Notes under the pieces: model-generated
Databases searched by the model: none
What the model was told of the DNA's origin: nothing
Seen by the model: the letters and a program-made list of their open reading frames with translations, nothing else
Translations under genes and position numbers: made by a program
Assembly (NCBI GenBank): GCA_031262525.1
Contig: JAISHM010000007.1
Coordinates: 35,695 to 67,694 of the forward strand
From: Rickettsiales bacterium
GTDB taxonomy: Bacteria; Pseudomonadota; Alphaproteobacteria; Rs-D84
DNA length: 32,000 bases
Reading direction: 5' to 3'
Shown: piece by piece, positions 1-7,678 of the stretch
Position numbering within the stretch: position 1 is the first letter of the stretch
How the letters are laid out: every line of letters begins with the position of its first letter

Positions 1-132
1 GCCGAAGGTATGCAGGTTTCCATGGGCGCGGTAATTATTGGTGGCGTCCTGGCATCATTATTCTGGACATACTTTTTAACCCCTGTGTTATTTGTGGTTA
101 TGGAAAAATTACGAACAAGATATAAAAAATAA
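1..132 (+). CDS. 3' end of an RND (AcrB/HAE1-type) efflux permease, partial; the start lies upstream of the window
   Basis: Frame 1 is open from base 1 to TAA at 130-132. The tail AEGMQVSMGAVIIGGVLASLFWTYFLTPVLFVVMEKLRTRYKK has the glycine-rich last TM helix, a PV(L/F)FVV motif and a basic tail typical of RND pumps. A hairpin terminator follows. Confidence 0.55.
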   Translation, partial: AEGMQVSMGAVIIGGVLASLFWTYFLTPVLFVVMEKLRTRYKK

Positions 133-133
133 A

Positions 134-158
134 ATCGCGGCAAATGCCGCGATTTTTA
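134..158 (+). terminator. Intrinsic terminator after the efflux pump gene
   Basis: Stem atcgcggc (134-141), loop aaat, stem gccgcgat (146-153), then a T-run. Confidence 0.7.
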
Positions 159-184
159 TTTTTCTTTTCAGTTTTTTATTTTCG

Positions 185-436
185 TTATCTTGTTTTTTCG
201 TTTGACGATTGTTTTACCGAACCAACCAAAACAAATGCCGATGCCAGCGCTGTCAGAAATGCCGCGCCCACGCCATAACCAACATAATCCGTAACCTGTT
301 CAAATGTTTGATTGGATATATTAAACACACAATTGGTAAGTTTCATTACGCCATACGCAACGCCACCAATACCCGCGATTCCCGCCAGTCCAACCGGCCA
401 ACAGCCATATACTTTGTCTTTTTTAATCTTGGTCAT
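185..436 (-). CDS. Hypothetical small membrane protein (83 aa) with two predicted TM helices carrying glycine-zipper motifs
   Basis: ORF track. GLAGIAGIGGVAYG and GYGVGAAFLTALASAF are hydrophobic glycine-zipper segments, and both termini are charged. Its ATG overlaps the stop of the upstream ORF by 4 nt (ATGA). I recognise no family. Confidence 0.5.
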   Translation of the reverse strand: MTKIKKDKVYGCWPVGLAGIAGIGGVAYGVMKLTNCVFNISNQTFEQVTDYVGYGVGAAFLTALASAFVLVGSVKQSSNEKTR

Positions 437-987
437 TTGATACCCCTTTGGTTCTCATTGTTATTTTTTTGCGCGACCTCTATCCCAAGTTTGCGTCTTT
501 TTTGATAATCTTTAAGCAAAAATTTGTTAAATTTTATCTGTTCCCGTTTTAATGGGTTAAATGTATGATTTTTTATTTTAACATTATTTGTTTTTACATT
601 TCTGATATTTATCATGCTATCATTTTTATGCAATTCTTCTAACTGCGACGGAATAGAATATACACATCCATTATATGGGTTTGTATTTTTCTTTTTTAAT
701 TCGTTTGGGGCAAAATTCATAATATCCGATATTTTACGCAAAAATTCCGCACTGCTGACCCCATGATAATAAATAATACAATTATCATAAATCCCAGAGC
801 GCGTTGAACTGATAGAATAAAAATCATCATTTCCATTTTGTAATAAACACTCGTAATTTTTATCTTTATATTTTTTTACAAAAACCTCTATCTCTCGGCT
901 TTCATTTTTTGTATCAATCAGTGACGCCAATAAATTTAAAACAACATCCGCCGGGATTGGTAAATTGGCCGAAAATATCTTTTTCAT
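433..987 (-). CDS. Hypothetical protein (184 aa), orphan, very AT-rich, Lys/Asn-rich
   Basis: ORF track. It is the longest ORF at this locus, has a consensus-like promoter upstream and overlaps the downstream small ORF by 4 nt. No motif recognised. Confidence 0.55.
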   Translation of the reverse strand: MKKIFSANLPIPADVVLNLLASLIDTKNESREIEVFVKKYKDKNYECLLQNGNDDFYSISSTRSGIYDNCIIYYHGVSSAEFLRKISDIMNFAPNELKKKNTNPYNGCVYSIPSQLEELHKNDSMINIRNVKTNNVKIKNHTFNPLKREQIKFNKFLLKDYQKRRKLGIEVAQKNNNENQRGIK

Positions 988-1014
988 CGCAAAACTCTTT
1001 TATGTTTTACAAAA

Positions 1015-1042
1015 ATAATACTATATCAGATGTGTTTGTCAA
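1015..1042 (-). promoter_or_regulatory. Sigma70-type promoter for the 433-987/185-436 operon
   Basis: On the minus strand: TTGACA (1042..1037), 16-nt spacer, TATTAT (1020..1015), about 28 nt upstream of the ATG at 987. Confidence 0.45.
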
Positions 1043-1047
1043 GGAAT

Positions 1048-1569
1048 TTATTCAGAAAGCAATTCGGCGCGCGCACGGCGCAACATTTCAATTATTTCAT
1101 TCTGTTTTTGCAACGAATCATCTGTCCCGCATACCGATTCTATTTTATTTTCGGGTTGCGACGCGTCCATTACATCCGCCATATCATCGGCGCGCATTTG
1201 CGTCGCCGCAGAGAACAAATCGCTGGTATTCAGCACACCATTTTCATCGGTCATTTTTTCGTATTGTTCGCCACCGCTGACCATATTATTTTTTTGTGGG
1301 CCGGGCTGCGCAACCGGCGCTTTATCAACAACAATCTGCATTTTCCCCAGCGCGGCGCGCGCACCCGCGATTGTCATACCATCATTATATAACAAATCAC
1401 GAATTTTCTTGATTATCGCCGCAGTGTCATCGCCGTAATAGCGTCGCCCGCCTGCCCCAGTCATAGGTTTAATAAAGCGTGGGAATTGCTTTTCCCAATA
1501 ACGCAGTGTATGCGCCGGAATTCCCAACTCTTTGGATATATTTGAAATAAAATGATACGCCTTTACCAT
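1048..1569 (-). CDS. MerR-family transcriptional regulator, the conserved alphaproteobacterial type
   Basis: N-terminal HTH ISNISKELGIPAHTLRYWEKQFPRFIKPMTGAGGRRYY matches the MerR HTH signature (LRYWE...GGRRYY). The acidic, low-complexity C-terminus is typical of this subgroup. Confidence 0.85.
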   Translation of the reverse strand: MVKAYHFISNISKELGIPAHTLRYWEKQFPRFIKPMTGAGGRRYYGDDTAAIIKKIRDLLYNDGMTIAGARAALGKMQIVVDKAPVAQPGPQKNNMVSGGEQYEKMTDENGVLNTSDLFSAATQMRADDMADVMDASQPENKIESVCGTDDSLQKQNEIIEMLRRARAELLSE

Positions 1570-1618
1570 AGTTTTTTATTATACCACAAAAAACCCAAAA
1601 CACGAAATTATAAATACA

Positions 1619-1647
1619 TTGACAAAGAGAGAGAGAGAGAGTAAAAT
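1619..1647 (+). promoter_or_regulatory. Near-consensus sigma70 promoter with a dinucleotide repeat as its spacer
   Basis: TTGACA (1619-1624), exactly 17 nt of spacer (1625-1641 = a + (AG)8), TAAAAT (1642-1647). AAGGAG at 1664-1669 and ATG at 1676 follow. Confidence 0.55.
1626..1641. repeat. (AG)8 dinucleotide microsatellite
   Basis: Direct reading of agagagagagagagag at 1626-1641. Confidence 0.95.
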
Positions 1648-1675
1648 ACAGCTTATAAAAAACAAGGAGTATAAA

Positions 1676-2428
1676 ATGCTAAACAACCTACCAAAAACAA
1701 ATCCAAGATTAAAAAAATTTATAACAGCCGTCACAAAAAGAATAAAAAGTCCGCGTGGGCTGGTACTGGCTTTGATTACAACTTATTTAATGGGTATGGG
1801 TAATCAAAAAATAATAACAGAACTATCCAATAATAAAAAACAGGAAAAAGCAAAAGCAGAAATTGAAAAATTCCTGGACAGCCAACCAAATTACGAAGAA
1901 ATAATGATTGCAACAGAACAGGCATACGATAAAGAAATAAAAGATTTAACTGATATATTAGAGGATGACAAATTTTACGAAAACCACCTATTTGAAGTAG
2001 CCGAATACGAAGCACTTAAAACAATATGGGACAAATTATCAGACTCACAAAAACAGAATATATACACAACCATAAAAGATATGAAGCCAGAAATTGACAG
2101 GTCTAAAGAACCATTTCGTATGATACAAGATTATTATTATTTGTATTATAATAGACAAATAAAGCGAGATAAAATTATCGATATATACGAAAAAACTCCC
2201 CCGGTAATATTTAACCAATTCGAATTAGAAACAATTTTTGGACAAATTGACACCGCGACAAATAGATACAACAACCAGGGTTTATCCAACAAAATCCAAA
2301 CCAACAAAGCCAAACTGGACTCTTTGCAAACGGCAAAAACAGAAGTTTTGAGAAAACTAAAAAAAGAGAACGAGAAACAGAAAAGATTTGCTGATTCTGC
2401 TTATGCCGCGAACAAAATAAAGCGATAA
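1676..2428 (+). CDS. Hypothetical protein (250 aa): weak N-terminal hydrophobic segment and Lys/Glu-rich, probably coiled-coil remainder
   Basis: ORF 1619-2428. I chose ATG 1676 because AAGGAG lies 6 nt upstream, whereas the TTG at 1619 has no SD and coincides with the -35 box. GLVLALITTYLMGMG is a possible anchor. No family recognised. Confidence 0.6.
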   Translation: MLNNLPKTNPRLKKFITAVTKRIKSPRGLVLALITTYLMGMGNQKIITELSNNKKQEKAKAEIEKFLDSQPNYEEIMIATEQAYDKEIKDLTDILEDDKFYENHLFEVAEYEALKTIWDKLSDSQKQNIYTTIKDMKPEIDRSKEPFRMIQDYYYLYYNRQIKRDKIIDIYEKTPPVIFNQFELETIFGQIDTATNRYNNQGLSNKIQTNKAKLDSLQTAKTEVLRKLKKENEKQKRFADSAYAANKIKR

Positions 2429-2461
2429 GAATAATAAAATATATCTGCACCAGAAAACAAA

Positions 2462-2487
2462 ACCCGCAGGGTTTAAACCTTGCGGGT
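2462..2487. terminator. Bidirectional hairpin terminator between convergent genes
   Basis: acccgcagggtttaaaccttgcgggt is a near-perfect palindrome with one G-T pair, flanked by an A-rich left side and gatttta on the right. Confidence 0.6.
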
Positions 2488-2547
2488 GATTTTATCTTTA
2501 ACCAAACATTTTATGTCTGGCATATGTCTTTTTTTGTGAGTTTTGGG

Positions 2548-3098
2548 TTAAATTTGTAAAATCTCTCGACCAATGTGTTCTAATTTTTCTTTTGCTTCAT
2601 GTAATACATCCGACCATTGTTTATCTGTGGTGTCGCCATTTTTGCCATCGCTAACAAACTTATAAACACTCAGTGGAATTTTATTTTCACGTGCCACCCA
2701 TGCAATTGCAAAATCCTCCATTCCAACACAATCCCAAATATCACACGCAATATTCCGAACAAAAGTATCACCAGTTCCAGAAATTCCGCGTAGATACCTA
2801 TTATCAATTTCACCGTATTCAAGAATTGGGTTATCCGATGTTTGCGGACAAACAAATTTTGGTGCCATAAATTCAGTTGTATTCATATCCCGTTGCACAA
2901 ACTGATTGATTGATAAAATTGTTCCATAATCATAAACACTGCTGCCTGCTGTTCCCATATTTACAATTAAATCTGGTTGAAACTTATCAATAACATATTG
3001 GGTTGTCATAGCGGCATTGATTTTTCCAATTCCACAATATGCTATATTTGCAGACTCAAGAGCAAATTCACCTTCTACTGCAACAATAAACCAAACAT
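2548..3098 (-). pseudogene. Short Pfs/MtnN-family (PNP_UDP_1) nucleosidase, apparently frameshifted just after its start codon
   Basis: The ORF from ATG 3009 (153 aa) carries CGIGKINAA...NMGTAGS, GTGDTF and VGMEDFAIAWV...KFVSDG, matching the MtnN motifs SGIGKV, TGSAGG, SGDAF, EMEA and SD. The frame stays open upstream to 3099 (YVWFIVAVEGEFALESANIAY) with no in-frame start. An ATG at 3098..3096 is one nucleotide out of frame and stops after 7 codons. Confidence 0.5.
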
Positions 3099-3099
3099 A

Positions 3100-3711
3100 T
3101 TATTCATCAATTTTTTCAGTCTTAAATTCATCATACCCTTCGTAATAATAACTGGTATCAATTCCGTGCATATAAACATTGCGATTATTTATTTCTGATG
3201 TAAGCGCACTGCGCAATAATTCTTTAATCTCGGTATCTTTGACAGGGCTGCGTTCCATCGCAGAAAGGTATTCATCTTTATCAACCCGGTTCCAATAAAC
3301 AACTTTTTTTAATTCTTTTTTCAGGATTAAATCCAGCCAAATTCGCGTCGAGCGACCGTTCCCTTCACGAAAAGGATGTGCAATATTCATTTCCACATAT
3401 TTTGCAATGATTTCATCAAAATTACTTTGATGCATTTTATCAATATGTTTCAATGATTGTTCCAAATACATCAGCGGTGCAAAACGAAAGTCTTTCTTTG
3501 CCAGATTCACATCACGAATTTTTCCCGCAAAATCGTAAATCTTCCCGAATAATTTTTTATGAATTTTTTTAAGTCCTGCAAAAGTCCCAACTGGAATTTT
3601 ATCAATCTCACCAGAATCCCAAAGTCCGCGCGCCGCCAATTTGCTGATTTTTTCTTCGGCACGATTTAATTCTATTTGATTAGTAATCCCCAGTTTATTT
3701 TCCAATACCAT
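3100..3711 (-). CDS. fic: Fic-domain AMP-transferase, class III (NmFic-like), with a C-terminal inhibitory motif
   Basis: Active-site motif [12 protein letters not shown] at 3378..3343 fits HxFx(D/E)GNGRxxR. The C-terminal SYYYEG at 3153..3136 fits the (S/T)xxxE(G/N) inhibitory helix. At 203 aa the length is typical of class III. Confidence 0.85.
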   Translation of the reverse strand: MVLENKLGITNQIELNRAEEKISKLAARGLWDSGEIDKIPVGTFAGLKKIHKKLFGKIYDFAGKIRDVNLAKKDFRFAPLMYLEQSLKHIDKMHQSNFDEIIAKYVEMNIAHPFREGNGRSTRIWLDLILKKELKKVVYWNRVDKDEYLSAMERSPVKDTEIKELLRSALTSEINNRNVYMHGIDTSYYYEGYDEFKTEKIDE

Positions 3712-3793
3712 ACTTAAAACCTCTTGATTTTATTATAGTATAATTTGTTAAAAATACCAGTATTTTTATTATTTCTTGACAAAACATATAAAC

Positions 3794-3829
<36 letters not shown>

Positions 3830-3838
3830 GAGGTTAAA

Positions 3839-3949
3839 ATGTTTAATTTGTTGATAAATCCGATTCTTTCGTTATTTGCGGCGATATTCGCATACGCTGT
3901 ATTCACAGAATTTTTGGCGTCTATTGGTGTAATCAAACGCGGAAAATAA
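3839..3949 (+). CDS. Candidate small hydrophobic peptide (36 aa)
   Basis: ATG 3839 is preceded by aaagagg with 5-nt spacing. The product MFNLLINPILSLFAAIFAYAVFTEFLASIGVIKRGK has one TM-length hydrophobic stretch and a basic C-terminus. It is too short for the ORF track and has no homology support. Confidence 0.35.
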   Translation: MFNLLINPILSLFAAIFAYAVFTEFLASIGVIKRGK

Positions 3950-3968
3950 AAAATAATAATAAAAAAAC

Positions 3969-3997
3969 TTGATTTTTATAAATTCTTGTGGTTAAAT
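3969..3997 (+). promoter_or_regulatory. Putative rpmH promoter
   Basis: TTGATT (3969-3974), 17-nt spacer, TTAAAT (3992-3997). It shares cttgattttta with the rpmG promoter. Confidence 0.4.
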
Positions 3998-4026
3998 ACC
4001 GCGAATAAAATAAAAGAGATTTAGTT

Positions 4027-4179
4027 ATGGCAACAAAACGGACATATCAACCATCAAAAACTCGTCGTGTGAAAACGCACGGGTTTCGTGAAAAAATGGC
4101 AACAAAAAGCGGACGCGATGTCTTGAATCGTCGTCGCGCCAAGGGGCGCGCACGTATCGCGGTATCCGCCGTCAATTAA
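4027..4179 (+). CDS. rpmH: 50S ribosomal protein L34
   Basis: My own translation: [50 protein letters not shown]. This carries the canonical L34 signature (KRTYQPS...HGFR...GR.VL..RR.KGR). Confidence 0.95.
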   Translation: MATKRTYQPSKTRRVKTHGFREKMATKSGRDVLNRRRAKGRARIAVSAVN

Positions 4180-4193
4180 AAGTGTGGGCAAAA

Positions 4194-4937
4194 ATGTCAC
4201 GCACAAAAAAGATATTTGCGAATTTAATCTGTTGTTTAATTCCATTAAAAAAATTGCGTCGCCGTGCACGCAATTTTTTACTTTTACCATTTGGCGCACG
4301 TAACTATATAATATCACTGGGACATGCATGCTTCGCAGCCGGCGGAATTGCAAAATCTGGTGGGCGGCGTTTTTCGGGGCCGTTTGATTGGTGTTGGGGT
4401 TCGTCTTGTAATAAAAAATTAGAAATTATTTTTAATAAATTTGCGCATTTTTTTGACAAGCGCGACTTTGACCATATCGGCATTGACCCAAACAATCATT
4501 ATCAAATTTATCATAATACAAACACAGATATTTTTTACAATCATGATTTTGGCCCCGATTCTGATTTTAATACTGAATACCCGATTGTTTTTGATAAATA
4601 TACACGACGAATTGACCGCGTTATGAAAATATTGAATAAGCGGCGCGCACGGGTTTTACTGGTGTATGGGGAACGCGTCGATGGTCCAATGAATTTTGAT
4701 TTGCACCAATTGACCAAAATAATGGAAAAATTAAACAAAAAATATCCGGCACAAATCCGTCTATTGTATATAAAACACAATCTTGAAAATAACGACGAAT
4801 CAGTTATACGCGACAACCAATATATCTTTACTACAAATTACATACACAATGTATATTCGCCCCAAACCGACCCATTTATAGAAGAATTGATAGCAAAAAT
4901 GATTAAATCATATTATGAACTTTATGATAGACACTGA
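4194..4937 (+). CDS. DUF1796-like protein (putative papain-like cysteine peptidase family)
   Basis: IISLGHACFAAGGIAKSGGRRFSGPFDW resembles the N-terminal SLGxxC...PFDW signature I associate with DUF1796, and a later YNHDF motif fits too. ATG 4194 was chosen within ORF 4182-4937. Confidence 0.5.
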   Translation: MSRTKKIFANLICCLIPLKKLRRRARNFLLLPFGARNYIISLGHACFAAGGIAKSGGRRFSGPFDWCWGSSCNKKLEIIFNKFAHFFDKRDFDHIGIDPNNHYQIYHNTNTDIFYNHDFGPDSDFNTEYPIVFDKYTRRIDRVMKILNKRRARVLLVYGERVDGPMNFDLHQLTKIMEKLNKKYPAQIRLLYIKHNLENNDESVIRDNQYIFTTNYIHNVYSPQTDPFIEELIAKMIKSYYELYDRH

Positions 4938-5518
4938 ATTGCCGCACTGGCATTTTTAATCATCAGCCAGCCATAACGATAATCACTGATATAAATTGTT
5001 ATCATAAATATAATAAATGCAGCAATAACCAGCCCAACACGAATTTTATTTCCACGCATACAATACACTGCGATATTATACAGCAAGAATATAAAATATC
5101 CATCAACCAATATACTGATAATCCATAAACTGGTGCAATTAAATGCCAGCGCGTTTATAATCAACATAACCGGATAGATAAAAAATACAGACGCTAACCC
5201 CTTGACTGCAATCTCCCAATCGCGTTCGCCACCCGTAATTTCGGACACCAACATCAACAGCCCCGACATAACGAACAACAATCCCACCGCCAAGAACGGG
5301 GTTATAATCAAATGAGAAAACACACTGGAAAAAGTAATCGCCGCCCCGCCAACTAAATTTATAAATAACACCGCCATACCACCAATCAGACCATATATAA
5401 ATGCCTTTAACATAGACTCTTCGGTATTGCCATCGGCGACAATCCGCGAAAAGAATTGTTTCGGATTTACCAATATGTTTAATATGTGGCGACCCCACTT
5501 TTTTAATTTTGCAATCAT
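4922..5518 (-). CDS. Yip1-domain family integral membrane protein
   Basis: The N-terminus LNILVNPKQFFSRI followed by about five hydrophobic helices is typical of bacterial YIP1 proteins. The start is set at MIAKLKKW (5518); the longer ORF to 5632 would overlap the der promoter. Confidence 0.5.
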   Translation of the reverse strand: MIAKLKKWGRHILNILVNPKQFFSRIVADGNTEESMLKAFIYGLIGGMAVLFINLVGGAAITFSSVFSHLIITPFLAVGLLFVMSGLLMLVSEITGGERDWEIAVKGLASVFFIYPVMLIINALAFNCTSLWIISILVDGYFIFLLYNIAVYCMRGNKIRVGLVIAAFIIFMITIYISDYRYGWLMIKNASAAIQCLS

Positions 5519-5521
5519 TTT

Positions 5522-5550
5522 TTGCCTTTCTTTATTTTTATGTTTATAAT
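5522..5550 (+). promoter_or_regulatory. Putative der promoter
   Basis: TTGCCT (5522-5527), 17-nt spacer, TATAAT (5545-5550). Confidence 0.45.
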
Positions 5551-5586
5551 AGACGCATAATAAATAAAATTCAATAGGAAAAAAAA

Positions 5587-6918
5587 ATGAAGGTCGCAAT
5601 TGCGGGACGCCCGAATACTGGAAAATCAACATTGTTTAACGCATTGACGGGAACGCGTGGCGCGCTGGTGCATAATCGCCCCGGGGTTACGCGCGATGTT
5701 TTAACAGGGGTCGGGAACCTTGGGGATTTAACCTTTGATTTAATGGACACTGCTGGTTTGGAGGACCGCGCCACAGAACTGGAAAAACAATCAACCGAGT
5801 TTGCTTTGGACGCTGTGCGTTCTGCGGATGCGGTCTTATTCGTTGTTGATGGACGCACAGGGGTCACAGCGGACGACATTGAATGGGCGCGTCGTATTCG
5901 GCGGGCGCGCGGTGGGGCGCAAACTTTGTTGGTTGCGAACAAAACAGAATCATCAAAAAAAATAAATGACTTGTCCGATTTTTATAAATTGGGTTTTGGC
6001 GCACCTGCGACAATTTCCGCAGAACATAAAATCGGATTTGATAGAATTTATGATTTTTTAGAGCCTTTGCGCGATGAAAAAATTGCGACCGAGACCGATA
6101 AAAACGCGCGTATGCGTTTAACAATTATGGGACAACCGAATGTTGGGAAATCCACACTGGTCAATAAAATCCTGGGGCGCCCGCGCGTGATTGTGCGCGA
6201 CCAGCCGGGTGTTACACGCGACACTATTGAAATACCAGCAAAATATCTGAATCGCGATATTATTATAAATGACACGGCTGGATTGCGCAGAAAATCCAAT
6301 ATCACGGACGGATTGGAAACACTATCCGCATTAAAATCTTTGGACGCACTGAATAAAACAGATGCGGTAATTTTAGTGGTTGATGCAACGCGCGATATTG
6401 AAAAACAAGCACTGGGGATTGCATCGCGAATTTATGATGCCGGGAAGGTTTTATGCATTGCGTTGAATAAATGGGATTTAGTGGAAGAGATAGAACGCGA
6501 AGACAAATTATTAAAGTTAAAGCACCAGTTTAAGAAATCTTTTCATCAAATTATAAAGCCGATGATTTTACCAATGTCGGCGGAAAATGGAATGGGGGTG
6601 CGTAATTTAATGCGTCGCGTTTTTGACCTGTATGATAAATCACAGAATCGTGTTTCTACTGCATTATTAAATCGCACAATGGAAAAGTTGATAGAAGCGC
6701 GCCAACCACCAATGTCGCGATTAAAGCGACCAATGAAAATAAAATTCGTGACCCAGGTATCAACATCACCGATTCGCATTACGATAAATGTTGGGGGTGC
6801 GTCCGATATCCCAGAATCCTATACGCGGTATTTGCGGCGCGGTTTGGCGATGGCGCTGGATTGGGAACAACTTCCTATTTTCATTGAGTATAAAAAAACG
6901 GAAAATCCATACGATTAA
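5587..6918 (+). CDS. der: Ribosome-associated GTPase Der/EngA with tandem GTPase domains
   Basis: Two P-loops (GRPNTGKST and GQPNVGKST), two DTAG motifs, NKxD motifs and a KH-like C-terminus. Confidence 0.95.
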   Translation: MKVAIAGRPNTGKSTLFNALTGTRGALVHNRPGVTRDVLTGVGNLGDLTFDLMDTAGLEDRATELEKQSTEFALDAVRSADAVLFVVDGRTGVTADDIEWARRIRRARGGAQTLLVANKTESSKKINDLSDFYKLGFGAPATISAEHKIGFDRIYDFLEPLRDEKIATETDKNARMRLTIMGQPNVGKSTLVNKILGRPRVIVRDQPGVTRDTIEIPAKYLNRDIIINDTAGLRRKSNITDGLETLSALKSLDALNKTDAVILVVDATRDIEKQALGIASRIYDAGKVLCIALNKWDLVEEIEREDKLLKLKHQFKKSFHQIIKPMILPMSAENGMGVRNLMRRVFDLYDKSQNRVSTALLNRTMEKLIEARQPPMSRLKRPMKIKFVTQVSTSPIRITINVGGASDIPESYTRYLRRGLAMALDWEQLPIFIEYKKTENPYD

Positions 6919-6937
6919 ATAAAGGAGTTAAAAAAAA

Positions 6938-7678
6938 ATGGATATAAAGTATAGCGAGAAAAAAACATTAAAAACATACCAAACAGATATGTATGGCTTT
7001 ATGCGGCCGATGATGGTTATGAACGAATTACAGGCGCTGGCTGATACCCATGCTGAAAAACTGGGCGTTGGGCGGACATGGTGTTTGGAAAATAATGTTG
7101 CATGGGTTGTAACACATTATTTACTGGATATGCCATACCTGCCCCGCGAAGGAGATGAAATAGAATTAGAAACATGGCCTGTATCACATGATAATCTAAA
7201 AGCGGTTCGTGATTTTAATGTCCGCGATAAAGATGGCAATGTAATAATATCCGCGACCAGTCAATGGATTTTAATAGATATGGAAACGCGACGTCCTGTG
7301 CGTATTGGGGACTATTTGCCAAAAACTTGGGGCGAGAATAGTGTTCGCGCATTGGATTTACCTTTTGCAAAATTGCCAGACTTTACCCCTACCGAAGAAG
7401 ATGTTTTATTTGCGGTTCGTTATGATGACATAGATGTAAATAAACATGTCAATAACGCGGTCTATATCATTTGGGCGACAGAATCTGTCGGACTGGATTA
7501 TCGCGAGGTTCATGAACTGCGCAAACTATTTGTAAATTTCCGCAAGGAAATTCCCGCCGCACCGATGAATTTACAAGTTGAAATTGCAAAGACCGGACTG
7601 ATTACCAGAAACAAAGTAAAAAGCGGCGATACCGAATTTGCACGCGTGTATTGCGAATGGAAAAAACGCTATGAGTAA
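6938..7678 (+). CDS. Acyl-ACP thioesterase (FatA/FatB-like, PF01643-type)
   Basis: A tandem hotdog pattern: YQTDMYGFMRP...LQALADTHAEKLGVG...NVAWVVTHY...GDEIELETW...RDFNVRDKDGNVI...SQWILIDMETRRP, with a second half VRYDDIDVNKHVNNAVY. AAGGAG lies upstream. Confidence 0.75.
   Translation: MDIKYSEKKTLKTYQTDMYGFMRPMMVMNELQALADTHAEKLGVGRTWCLENNVAWVVTHYLLDMPYLPREGDEIELETWPVSHDNLKAVRDFNVRDKDGNVIISATSQWILIDMETRRPVRIGDYLPKTWGENSVRALDLPFAKLPDFTPTEEDVLFAVRYDDIDVNKHVNNAVYIIWATESVGLDYREVHELRKLFVNFRKEIPAAPMNLQVEIAKTGLITRNKVKSGDTEFARVYCEWKKRYE

Noticed and set aside
909-1392. Two plus-strand ORFs of 123 and 120 aa.
   Set aside because: They are antisense to the MerR-family gene and to the 5' end of the 433-987 ORF. 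The translations are Arg/His/Phe-rich and have no start context.
1619-1675. A TTG start at 1619 that would place the (AG)8 repeat in coding sequence (MTKRERESK...).
   Set aside because: There is no SD upstream, and this TTG is part of a TTGACA box with perfect spacing to a -10 box. ATG 1676 has a consensus AAGGAG. It is kept only as an alternative in the phase-variation finding.
4054-4353. 99-aa minus-strand ORF.
   Set aside because: It is antisense to rpmH (a canonical L34 sequence) and to the start of the DUF1796-like gene.
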